From Chthonomonas sp. (GTDB lineage Bacteria; Armatimonadota; Chthonomonadetes; Chthonomonadales; Chthonomonadaceae), in assembly GCF_035294505.1 (NCBI RefSeq), contig NZ_DATGKU010000174.1, forward strand, positions 73,610 to 137,609: a stretch of 64,000 nucleotides of DNA, given 5' to 3'. How positions within the stretch are numbered: position 1 is the first letter of the stretch; each line of letters begins with the position of its first letter. A program made the position numbers and the translations under genes. The notes under the pieces were generated by a model. That model had not been told where the DNA came from. It ran no database searches and saw nothing but the letters and a program-made list of their open reading frames with translations. Shown one piece after another: positions 7,591 to 16,237 of the stretch.

Positions 7591-10163
7591 TTTGCCTGGA
7601 TCCCAATCGTTTTCAAGAACTTAGGCATGTCGGTGGCGGGCAAGGGGACAGGGCGTATCGTGGTACGCGGTGTGAACGGCAAGGAGGATGGCGTAATGAG
7701 CAGGGCGTCAATGGAGAAGGTGTAGAGCCTCGTCCGCGGCGCCGTGTCGGCAATCTTGATCGAGAGCGCATGTGAGCCTTGTGATAAGGACGCTCGGCCT
7801 AAGTAAATCCAACCGAAATATCCGCTAAGATAACGCGGCCCCGCCGGCGTTGTGGTGGTAGGAGGTTGAGGAGGTTGATGATCGATATACCAAGTGAACG
7901 GGGACGTTTGCGGCCCCGGAATCGTGCCGGCGAGCCAAATGTCGTAATCGCCGGATGCATTTACCTCGAAAGTATATCGCGCCGCGTATTCATGAATGAT
8001 CTGCAAAGGCTCTTCAGGAGTTGAAAGTCGCAGATAGGCTCCTCCGGAAGCGCCCGCATTCTGCGCGATCTCGGTAAAATTGTCTAATGCAGGGTTCTCG
8101 CCCTCGATCCAAATAAAAGGACTAAGCGCCGCTGCTAGCCCCTCCACAGCAGGGCGTACTGCCGTGTAGGCACCTAGGTAGTCTTTGCGCCGCAGAAGCA
8201 TCGCTGCCTGATCACGCTGCAACTCTCCGAGCGCCCGATCGGCCTTGCTAGCATGAGGCAATAGCATCGTCACCAAGGTTACAGCATCGGTGGCAGCCTC
8301 TGTTGGGATTGGGCTTTCCCCCACCCCGGTAAACACGAGCGGCACATTCGCAAAGCGAACTTCGATGAGGTCTTTTCCTACAACTTTAACGGGAACGGGG
8401 GCACCATCCGGTGTAAAGGCACGTGCTATGTGCGGGTCCGGCACTTGAAGGCGAACCACACGAGGCCCTAAAAGCGAGACCAGAACCGTCTCCGACCCGC
8501 TAGGAAGATGGATAGTATAGCCGCTAAACGAGGGCCACCAGTCGTCAAGCGTCCCCTGAACCGGAGCCGGTATCCAAAATACCGATTCGTCTCCAGGCAC
8601 CTGTCCGGTAAACGCTGGGCCTGGCGCTTGAAAGGGATAGTACAGCACTCGTGGAGTTTGCAGAGCGGCAATAGGCGAATCGGTTAGCGTATGCGCCGCC
8701 CGCTTAAGCCAATCGAGATGATCCGGTGTGACTCCGGTAACGAAGAAGCCTTTAAACCCGAGGTTTTGTAGACTTGCCAACTGCCCTATCAGATCGGTGT
8801 AGGAAGCGTAGCTACCTGCGGTGCCCTCTGGTACCGCAATGAGCCATCGTGGAGGACGACTTAGCGAAGCCACACCGTAAAGCGGCGCCATCGAGCGATT
8901 GAGGGAAGGTGGCTCTTCAGGCGAAAAAGCTGCGGCCAATCCATCGGGTGGCGAAGAGTCGTTCAACGAAACGTTGGACAGACTTTGCAGCCCGCCGCTG
9001 TAGACAACCGGCACGTCGGCCACATAGCGCTGCAACTCATCTGCAATGGTTTTTAACGCATACCGCAGAGTCTGAGCACGCCAATCGGAGAAATCGTCCC
9101 ACCAAGTGGAGAGAGTAGGTTGTGTTACGCGATAGGTATCGCCCGTTGCAGGGTCGTAGAAGTAGGGAAAGCCACGTCCTAAAGACCATAATGGGATCAG
9201 ACGTGCCATCTCTTGGAGAGAGGAAAAGCTTTTTGAGAGCTGCCACTTGGCCGTCAAAGCATCGGGCGTGCCGTATTTGCGAGAGAGGTAGCTCTCCCAC
9301 GATATCCGAAACATCTCTGAGTTAGGCACCATAAAAAGGGCTTCGTCGCTAAAACCAAGGGTTGGCCCCAGCGGGTCAAGAAAAAACCGCAGGCCCGCCC
9401 CAAAATGGATTTGCCGCAGCAGGCCTAGAAGACGGTCACGATAGCTATCGAACTCTCCCCACACGTCCGGCAGGCTAACTCCATCGGCATCTGGAGTGAG
9501 TGTTAGCAAAGGCAACAGCAAGGCGACAGGATGCGCCGTTCCATGAAAATCATCCAGCGAGATGCTTGCCACACCGCCATTGATCGTGGCCATCCCGGCC
9601 CCGATAAGCCTACTATCGGCCGCAGCATCTACAACAAAATAGGCTGCAGATTGCGCATGGCTCACCTGCCACAAAGCCACATTGCGGTTTGGATCGTCAA
9701 ATCGGTAGACCGCCGGACGCACTTCAAAACCGGTGAGTGGCTGCTCAATCCCCTTCCCAAACCCAATGCCATAGTGGAAACCTCGCGCCTCCATCGCATC
9801 TATGAGCCGCTGTACCGCCGATGGAGACACCTCCACAAGAGAGCCTGGTGGGGTTATCAACACATCGGTAATGCCGTGTGCTTTGAGGGCATCGAGATAG
9901 GCTTCATCCGAATGCCAAGCAGAGGGTGTATCCTCCTTAAAAGAGGAGGGAGTAAAGGCAATGCCCACAGGCATGTAAGGCACACTGTTCCAATTAAGTG
10001 TGTTACTTGCCGTTACTTGCCATGTAAACGCCGAGGAGGCTGCAGCAGGCCGATAGGTTCCTGCACGAAAACGGTCAGAGCTTACTGCCTGGGCGCGGCC
10101 ATAGAGACCGGGGAGTTGCAGGCAAAGAAACCCAAGTGCGCATAAAAGATGGCGTTTGTGCAT
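7587..10163 (-). CDS. Large secreted hypothetical protein (858 aa). Possible carbohydrate-active enzyme by context
   Basis: ATG start MHKRHLLCALGFLCLQLPGLYG is a signal peptide. No motif I can place. Lies in a glycoside-hydrolase neighbourhood. Confidence 0.45.
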   Translation of the reverse strand: MHKRHLLCALGFLCLQLPGLYGRAQAVSSDRFRAGTYRPAAASSAFTWQVTASNTLNWNSVPYMPVGIAFTPSSFKEDTPSAWHSDEAYLDALKAHGITDVLITPPGSLVEVSPSAVQRLIDAMEARGFHYGIGFGKGIEQPLTGFEVRPAVYRFDDPNRNVALWQVSHAQSAAYFVVDAAADSRLIGAGMATINGGVASISLDDFHGTAHPVALLLPLLTLTPDADGVSLPDVWGEFDSYRDRLLGLLRQIHFGAGLRFFLDPLGPTLGFSDEALFMVPNSEMFRISWESYLSRKYGTPDALTAKWQLSKSFSSLQEMARLIPLWSLGRGFPYFYDPATGDTYRVTQPTLSTWWDDFSDWRAQTLRYALKTIADELQRYVADVPVVYSGGLQSLSNVSLNDSSPPDGLAAAFSPEEPPSLNRSMAPLYGVASLSRPPRWLIAVPEGTAGSYASYTDLIGQLASLQNLGFKGFFVTGVTPDHLDWLKRAAHTLTDSPIAALQTPRVLYYPFQAPGPAFTGQVPGDESVFWIPAPVQGTLDDWWPSFSGYTIHLPSGSETVLVSLLGPRVVRLQVPDPHIARAFTPDGAPVPVKVVGKDLIEVRFANVPLVFTGVGESPIPTEAATDAVTLVTMLLPHASKADRALGELQRDQAAMLLRRKDYLGAYTAVRPAVEGLAAALSPFIWIEGENPALDNFTEIAQNAGASGGAYLRLSTPEEPLQIIHEYAARYTFEVNASGDYDIWLAGTIPGPQTSPFTWYIDHQPPQPPTTTTPAGPRYLSGYFGWIYLGRASLSQGSHALSIKIADTAPRTRLYTFSIDALLITPSSLPFTPRTTIRPVPLPATDMPKFLKTIGIQAK

Positions 10164-10194
10164 AACTATCCCGATGCCACACAGAAGCCTTTCC

Positions 10195-10557
10195 TTAAGT
10201 AGGTAGCGGATACTCTTCTACCGGCGAAAAGTGTACCACCGTAACCGTGTCTTCAACGGAGATATCGCTAGAATAGATACGCCTGAGAAGAGCCACAACA
10301 TCATCCACAGAGCGGAACTCCGGGTTCTCCTTTTGAATCTCTCTCGGCGAGAGAGCATCTATGGTCTTTACCTCTACCCTATCCAATATGGCAGTGAAGA
10401 GCTTCTGACGCTTTCCGAAGCGCGGCCCTATCGTCACCCAAACGATCATCCCGGCTTTATACTTATCGGTCTTATCCCCAAGACGAATCGTCACTGTTTT
10501 ACGACCGGTACGTAAAGCCTCCTCATAGTACTCCGAATAGAAGTTGAGCGCATACAT
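10195..10557 (-). CDS. ASCH (PUA-like) domain protein
   Basis: 120 aa. ALRTGRKTVTIRLGDK...GMIVWV resembles the ASCH-domain G-K-K-T-E-R core. Low certainty. Confidence 0.45.
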   Translation of the reverse strand: MYALNFYSEYYEEALRTGRKTVTIRLGDKTDKYKAGMIVWVTIGPRFGKRQKLFTAILDRVEVKTIDALSPREIQKENPEFRSVDDVVALLRRIYSSDISVEDTVTVVHFSPVEEYPLPT

Positions 10558-10674
10558 AGGGTACGAGATATCCTCTTTGTCCTCTTCAACGGTTTATGGA
10601 GACCGTATTGCCTTCCCGTAAGAGCATCGGCCTCCTTCAAAGTCGGCATATGAGCCTAAAGTTTAGCACAAAAC

Positions 10675-12528
10675 TTAAGAGCCGTCAATTTCACGCCCCT
10701 CCTCTGCTGCGTTGTTATCGGCACGCTCCATTCGCTCGGGTGCGGAAACGCCGAGTAAGCCCAATAGGTTATTCAGCACTATCCGAGCGCAATTCACCAA
10801 CGCCAGTCGAGCCTGCACAAGAGAACGATCGGGCTCTCCCTGCGAATTAGGCAAGACCCGACAGTTCTCGTAAAACAGGTTCAACAGGCTGGCCAAATCT
10901 ATTGCGTAGCGCGTTAAGCGATGAGGGGCAAAACGCTCCGAGGCCGTTGCCACCTCCTCAGGATAGTCGGCCAGCTTTCGTAAAACCTCTAGCTCCCTCG
11001 GATGGGTCAGCAGATTCCGGTCTACCTGCGCTGCCGACAATACGGCAATGCCCATCTCTTCTGCCTTTCGGAGAATACTGCAAAGCCGCGCATGCGCATA
11101 CTGAACATAGTACACGGGGTTTTCGTTCGATTGACGCTTGGCCAACTCCACATCCACGGTGGCAGGAGTCTCATAGGAGTTCAGAAGGAAATAGAAGCGT
11201 GCCGCATCACGACCGATCTCATCTACCAAGTCTTCCTTCAGTTCGATGATGGCACCTTTTCGCTTGCCTCCAATAATGGCCTCTCCATCGCGCATCAGCG
11301 AAACCATTTGGGTAAGAATAATATATAGCCGCTCCACGGGATAACCAAGGGCCGCCACAGAAGCCCGCAAACGGGCGACATAGCCGTGATGATCGGCCCC
11401 AAAAATATCTACGAGGTGGGTAAAGCCACGCTCAAATTTGTCTCTATGATAGGCTGCATCCGCTGCGATATAGGTGGCCTTTTCATTTGAACGCACCAAA
11501 ACCCTGTCTTCATCGTCGCCAAAGGCGGATGTCTTCAACCAAAGTGCCCCATCCTTGCGGTAGGTATATCCACGCTCGGTAAAGAGGCGGATGACCTCCT
11601 CTACCGCTCCCGATTCGTAGAGACTACTCTCGAAAAACCAACGATCGAAGAAAACCCCAAACGCCTCCAACGCCTGCCGTTGCAACTCCAGGATAATGCG
11701 CAGTGTGGCTTCTCGAAAATATCGATCTTTCTCCTCCGCCTCGCTACTCGCGGTCTCCTCGTCTCCAAGCAGCTCCTTCACCACCGCGGTCTCGTACCGG
11801 TTTCCGATCTCCTCTACGATACGTCGGGCAATGTCGCGCACATATTCACCCAAGTAGCCATTTTTAGGGAAGGGAATGATCGGCTTACTCGCATCCCCAG
11901 TAGAAGGCTCGGTCTCCACATCGCCTTCCGGCATCGCAATGGGATAGCCAAGCTCTTGCAAGTAGCGAACCTTCACCGTCCGAGCAAAAAGCTCTAGCTG
12001 CAACGAGTTGAGCGCATCATTTACGTAGAACTCTCGCTGTACCTCGGCTCCCTCTGCTGCAAATAAGTTGGCTAACACGTCGCCCAGCGCCGCCGCACGA
12101 CCGTTTACAACGCTGATCGGGCCGGTTGGGTTCGCGCTAACAAACTCCAAAAGAATCTTCTGACCGACTCGCGCCTGAGAGCGCCCATAGTCTTTTCCTA
12201 ACTCCTCAATGCGCACCAAGGTGTCGTAAAGCCAGTTTGGATTCAAAAACAGGTTAAGAAATCCCGGCCCCGCCACCTCCACACGCTCAATAATCTTATC
12301 GGGGTCTTCAATATGCCGACGGATGATCTCGGCAATCGCGCGACTATCTGCCACATCGGTGAATTTACGCAGAGTCAACGCCAGGTTGCTTGAATAGTCC
12401 CCAAACTGCTTTGACGGGGGCATCTCGAGTTTTACCGTGAAATCATCTGTTGTCAGCTTTAGCTCACCGGCCTCACGCGCTGCCAAAACGGCTCGCCTGA
12501 GGATGTTTGCCAGCTTTTCCGTAATCAC
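10675..12528 (-). CDS. argS: Arginine--tRNA ligase
   Basis: 617 aa. N-terminus MITEKLANILRRAVLAAREAGEL... and overall organisation are typical of class I ArgRS, including an anticodon-binding C-terminal domain. Confidence 0.9.
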   Translation of the reverse strand: MITEKLANILRRAVLAAREAGELKLTTDDFTVKLEMPPSKQFGDYSSNLALTLRKFTDVADSRAIAEIIRRHIEDPDKIIERVEVAGPGFLNLFLNPNWLYDTLVRIEELGKDYGRSQARVGQKILLEFVSANPTGPISVVNGRAAALGDVLANLFAAEGAEVQREFYVNDALNSLQLELFARTVKVRYLQELGYPIAMPEGDVETEPSTGDASKPIIPFPKNGYLGEYVRDIARRIVEEIGNRYETAVVKELLGDEETASSEAEEKDRYFREATLRIILELQRQALEAFGVFFDRWFFESSLYESGAVEEVIRLFTERGYTYRKDGALWLKTSAFGDDEDRVLVRSNEKATYIAADAAYHRDKFERGFTHLVDIFGADHHGYVARLRASVAALGYPVERLYIILTQMVSLMRDGEAIIGGKRKGAIIELKEDLVDEIGRDAARFYFLLNSYETPATVDVELAKRQSNENPVYYVQYAHARLCSILRKAEEMGIAVLSAAQVDRNLLTHPRELEVLRKLADYPEEVATASERFAPHRLTRYAIDLASLLNLFYENCRVLPNSQGEPDRSLVQARLALVNCARIVLNNLLGLLGVSAPERMERADNNAAEEGREIDGS

Positions 12529-12568
12529 CTAATAGCCACTCCTCGAAAAAGATAAAAACGATCGTATC

Positions 12569-13804
12569 CTAGCGCAGAAACGCGCTGAGGGAGGGTATGT
12601 AAGAGATAAGAAGGGCAACAATTCCCATTCCGATAAGGGCCTGCAGCAGCCCCATACACCATATTTTTCGGAGAATATGTGGCCGCTTTGGATAGCTCTG
12701 CAAGTAGCGTTCGATCAGCTCTTGCCCGGCCTGAATGCCCTTCTCCAACTGATGCACACTCGCAGGACGCGTGGTGAACCAGGCCTGCAAAAAAGCCCCG
12801 ACACGACGCCATGTGAAGAGCGTCACCAAGCCTGCAAGCACGATAGCGGCATCCTGCAGCCACGGGAAGCAACTGGCCAGCTCCGCCACAAAGGCAAATA
12901 TTCCCATCGCTGCCACCAGATTCGTGCCACAGCGCGGGTGTACCCGAGGCATCCGCCGAACGACTGCCACAACAAGCGGCTCCTGGCGCTCTATGGCGTG
13001 AACCGTCTGGTGCTCTGCAGCGTGATAGCCTGCCAGCACCGAAAATCGCATCAAAAGGAGATAAGGCAAAATAACAACGCTACGCACACACACCGCGCAA
13101 GCCGACCACCACGGATGAGCCTCCTGAAGTGCGGCATTCATATTGAAAACCCAACGAGGAATAGATGGGACTAACAAGGCCAGTCGCTCTAGTCCCCAGC
13201 TCGAAAGCCATAGGCTTCCGAAAATGAGCAGACCCATAAAAGCTCCGGTTGCCACAAGAGCTAGATTGGATGCTCCGGCTTGGATGCGGCCATCGGTAAG
13301 GTAGACCCCAAACAGCGTGGCCATCCCCCCAATAGGCGGAAGTTGCGGACGCCACACAGGCTCGGGAAAGAACAGGTCGAGGGGATGAACATAGCCCAGG
13401 CAGTAGCCCTCTTTATCCACTACCGGCAGCGCCGGTAGGCCTTGGTCTAAACGGCTATGCCAGCGCTCGCGTAACATATCTAGCGAGGTCTCCGGCGCTA
13501 CGGTCTCCGCGGCCGGCTCGATAAAGTCGCCCACAGAGGCCCACTTTACCTCATCATCTAGTCCCTTCTCTTTGGCGTAACGCAACAGAGTTTCGCGCCT
13601 CACCATACCCATCAGATGGCCGTCAAGCGTTACCGGCAAGGCTTCTACTCCATAGGTTCGCATCAGATGTAACGCCCGCTCCATACTGTCCTCAGGAGCC
13701 GGCAGAGGCCCTTGACGCAACAGCCCCCTCAGCGTTAGCGGCCAGCGTTCTTGGGTTGCTACCGATGCATTTTGATCTAAAAACCTAACATCGCGATCTG
13801 ACAT
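12569..13804 (-). CDS. CBS-pair domain fused to DUF1385 (YqhQ-like) membrane metalloprotein
   Basis: N-terminal 130 aa show two CBS-like units (VEALPVTLDGHLMGMVRRETLL; LPALPVVDKEGYCLGYVHPLDLF). The C-terminal part has the DUF1385 signatures YHAAEHQ and HPRCGT plus several TM helices. Confidence 0.6.
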   Translation of the reverse strand: MSDRDVRFLDQNASVATQERWPLTLRGLLRQGPLPAPEDSMERALHLMRTYGVEALPVTLDGHLMGMVRRETLLRYAKEKGLDDEVKWASVGDFIEPAAETVAPETSLDMLRERWHSRLDQGLPALPVVDKEGYCLGYVHPLDLFFPEPVWRPQLPPIGGMATLFGVYLTDGRIQAGASNLALVATGAFMGLLIFGSLWLSSWGLERLALLVPSIPRWVFNMNAALQEAHPWWSACAVCVRSVVILPYLLLMRFSVLAGYHAAEHQTVHAIERQEPLVVAVVRRMPRVHPRCGTNLVAAMGIFAFVAELASCFPWLQDAAIVLAGLVTLFTWRRVGAFLQAWFTTRPASVHQLEKGIQAGQELIERYLQSYPKRPHILRKIWCMGLLQALIGMGIVALLISYIPSLSAFLR

Positions 13805-13836
13805 GGAAATCTATCATCTAAAAAAAGCGATTAGCG

Positions 13837-13861
13837 CCGATAGAGGCGGCGCTTTTGAAAA
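13837..13861. other. Palindromic hairpin AGCGCCG-ATAGAGG-CGGCGCT in divergent intergenic region. Followed by a U7 run on the minus strand
   Basis: 7-bp perfect stem. Reading the minus strand, the hairpin is followed 6 nt later by TTTTTTT, about 20 nt before the ATG of the CBS-DUF1385 gene. Possible leader attenuator or protein-binding site. Confidence 0.35.
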
Positions 13862-13882
13862 TTATACCTTACGCAGCCCTCA

Positions 13883-14941
13883 TTGAAGAAGAAGACTTGC
13901 CTTTGCAATTCGTATCGGAATATATATCTCTGGCAAATCTCTGGAATTCGCAGACCGAACCTATCCTCACTACCAGACTTCAGAAAGGGTTGCAACTTGA
14001 CACCAGAAGACCTCGCACAAAAAGCGCGACAGATCGCCAATGCCGTGGAAACGGCCATAATCGGCAAAAGCGAAGTGGTCGAGTTGGCGCTTGCCGTGCT
14101 GCTAGCCGAAGGCCATCTGCTCATTGAAGATATCCCCGGTGTGGGCAAGACCACGCTCGCCAAAGCGCTGGCGCGCGCTTTGGGCATCTCCTTTAAACGC
14201 ATCCAGTTCACGCCCGATCTCCTCCCTGCCGACATCACCGGCTCCTCCGTTTATAACCAAAAACAGGGGGAATTCGAGGTGCGTCCCGGCCCGCTCTTCG
14301 CCAATATCGTGCTTGCCGATGAGATCAATCGGACAACACCTAAAACCCAGGCCGCCCTGCTCGAATCGATGGAAGAACGCCAAGTTACCATAGATGGCAA
14401 CTCGATTCCCCTTCCCTCCCCCTTCTTTGTCATCGCGACTCAGAACAATATCGAAATGGCCGGCACCTATCCCCTCCCCGAAGCTCAACTTGATCGCTTC
14501 ATGGCGCGCCTGGCCATGGGTTACCCCGATCGCGCCGCTGAACGACGCATCCTATCTCAGCAGCAACATACCCGCCCTTTAGAACAGATCGAACCTGTTA
14601 CCCATGCCGAAGAGATTGTCGCCATCCAAAAACAGGTGCGCCAAGTTCACGTGGATGCAAGCCTTCAAGAATATGTGCTAGATATTGTAAACTATACGCG
14701 AAACCAGCCCCAAGTGGTGTTGGGGGCTAGCACGCGCGGCGCCTTGTGCCTGATGCACGCCGGGCAGGCATTAGCGGCGATAAGAGGCCGCACCTATGTG
14801 AAACCGGATGACATCAAAACACTTGCGGTGGCCGTGCTCGCTCATCGCATTATTGTAAGACCGGAATTCCGACTGCGGGGTACAACCCCTCAAAGTTGCG
14901 TGGAAGAGGCCATACAGCGTATTCGCGTGCCGGTTGACTAG
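13883..14941 (+). CDS. MoxR-family AAA+ ATPase
   Basis: Walker A GVGKTTLAKALA and the MoxR-typical LIEDIPGVGKT context. The first ~38 codons of the tracked ORF look non-native. The true start may be TTG at 13997 (AAAGGG 6 nt upstream), giving LTPEDLAQKARQIANAVETAIIGK. Confidence 0.85.
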   Translation: MKKKTCLCNSYRNIYLWQISGIRRPNLSSLPDFRKGCNLTPEDLAQKARQIANAVETAIIGKSEVVELALAVLLAEGHLLIEDIPGVGKTTLAKALARALGISFKRIQFTPDLLPADITGSSVYNQKQGEFEVRPGPLFANIVLADEINRTTPKTQAALLESMEERQVTIDGNSIPLPSPFFVIATQNNIEMAGTYPLPEAQLDRFMARLAMGYPDRAAERRILSQQQHTRPLEQIEPVTHAEEIVAIQKQVRQVHVDASLQEYVLDIVNYTRNQPQVVLGASTRGALCLMHAGQALAAIRGRTYVKPDDIKTLAVAVLAHRIIVRPEFRLRGTTPQSCVEEAIQRIRVPVD

Positions 14942-14974
14942 TGAGCGCCTCGTTGAGGAAGGATAGGTTAGAGC

Positions 14975-16237
14975 ATGCAGCATAGCAAATGGATTGTGCT
15001 CGGTTTTGGAGCGCTCTGCCTGATCACTGTAGCCACGGTGATCCCGCCGGCCCAACATCTCTACTATATGGCTGCCATCCTCATCACCCTGCCTGCTATC
15101 TCCTATTTTGCGGGCTGGGCTATGCTGCGCGGGCTTACATTTCAACGCGAACTCCCTTCTGCCGCTATGGAAGAGGAAGAGATCGATATCGTCTATGTGG
15201 TTTCAAATGACACCCGTTTTATGCGCTTTTTCCTCAGCACCTATGAGGAGTTTCCGCCCTGGCTTACCCCCGTTGAAGAGGAGCCGCTCTTTAATGTGCC
15301 CGCAAAGGGCACCGTCCGTGTCGCTCGCAGGGTGCGCTGTCTACGCCGTGGCGTCTATAACACAAATAGTTTTCATGTCTCCGCGATGGATCCGCTCGGG
15401 GTATTCGCATTTACGCAGTCGGTGGCAACAGAGGGCGAACTCGTCGTCTATCCTTCCCCATATAAACTTCCTCAAACCGTTATAGGCGGCGGCGAGCAGT
15501 TTGGGCTACAACAGATCGTGGCCTCTTTTCGTCAAGGTACAAGCGTAGACCTCTCCGGCGTCAGGCCCTATGTGCCAGGAGACCCCCTTCGCCGAATTCA
15601 TTGGCGCCAAACCGCCCGAACGGGTCAGCTTAATGTCGTGGAGTTTGAGGAGATGCAGTCCTCGCGTCTGGTTTTGCTCCTCGATGCCCATCGCGGCTGC
15701 GATAAAGGCATAGAACCCCTGACCCCACTGGAGTACATGATTAAAGTGGCTGCAGCGCTGCTTACGGAAGCCCTCGAAGCCGGAGCCTGGAGCCGGCTCT
15801 GTATTACCGATGGACGTGCGCCGGCCGGCTTCCTCGACACCGGAGGAGATCGAGGTCAGACCCACCGTCACCTTTTGCTCGGCGAGCTGGCTCGGGTTGA
15901 GGCTACCGGTGAAATCTTGCCCAGCGATGTTATCTCCGCCATCTATCCCTCTCTCACGCCCGGCCTTGTGCTCGTGCTTATTACCACAACGGAAGACCCT
16001 GCCCTCCCGCAGGTGCTTTCCGATATCGTCACGGCACTCGGCATCCGCGCCTTTGTTATCGGCTTTGATGTCTCTTCTTTCCCCGAGTCCCCTCCAACAA
16101 CCGGCAATTTCCATAACTTTCTCTCCTCTCTCGCCGCGGCTAAAGCGCAAACCCTCTTGCTAAGCTATCAAGCGGAAGCAGGGCTTGTTATAAAGGAGCA
16201 CTTCTATGAACCCAGAAGCCACGCCTCGCACCGTTGA
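14975..16237 (+). CDS. DUF58 domain protein (MoxR partner) with N-terminal TM segment
   Basis: DUF58 core VRPYVPGDPLRRIHWRQTARTGQLNVVEFEE. AGGAAGGA SD upstream. Directly downstream of the MoxR gene. Confidence 0.8.
   Translation: MQHSKWIVLGFGALCLITVATVIPPAQHLYYMAAILITLPAISYFAGWAMLRGLTFQRELPSAAMEEEEIDIVYVVSNDTRFMRFFLSTYEEFPPWLTPVEEEPLFNVPAKGTVRVARRVRCLRRGVYNTNSFHVSAMDPLGVFAFTQSVATEGELVVYPSPYKLPQTVIGGGEQFGLQQIVASFRQGTSVDLSGVRPYVPGDPLRRIHWRQTARTGQLNVVEFEEMQSSRLVLLLDAHRGCDKGIEPLTPLEYMIKVAAALLTEALEAGAWSRLCITDGRAPAGFLDTGGDRGQTHRHLLLGELARVEATGEILPSDVISAIYPSLTPGLVLVLITTTEDPALPQVLSDIVTALGIRAFVIGFDVSSFPESPPTTGNFHNFLSSLAAAKAQTLLLSYQAEAGLVIKEHFYEPRSHASHR

Noticed and set aside
10640-10670. CCTAAAG-containing short palindrome (CTAAA-G-TTTAG) downstream of argS, considered as another copy of the leader motif
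   Set aside because: Only the 7-mer is shared, which is within the expected chance frequency. The flanking sequence does not align with the holA/nadC leaders.
13883-13996. First ~38 codons of the MoxR ORF as given in the track
   Set aside because: The MKKKTCLCNSYRNIYLWQIS... translation is not MoxR-like and has no SD. Probable true start is TTG at 13997. The feature is retained with the tracked coordinates but flagged.
15506-16150. 214-aa minus-strand ORF antisense to the DUF58 gene
   Set aside because: Overlaps a motif-supported gene in a coherent three-gene operon. Low-complexity translation.
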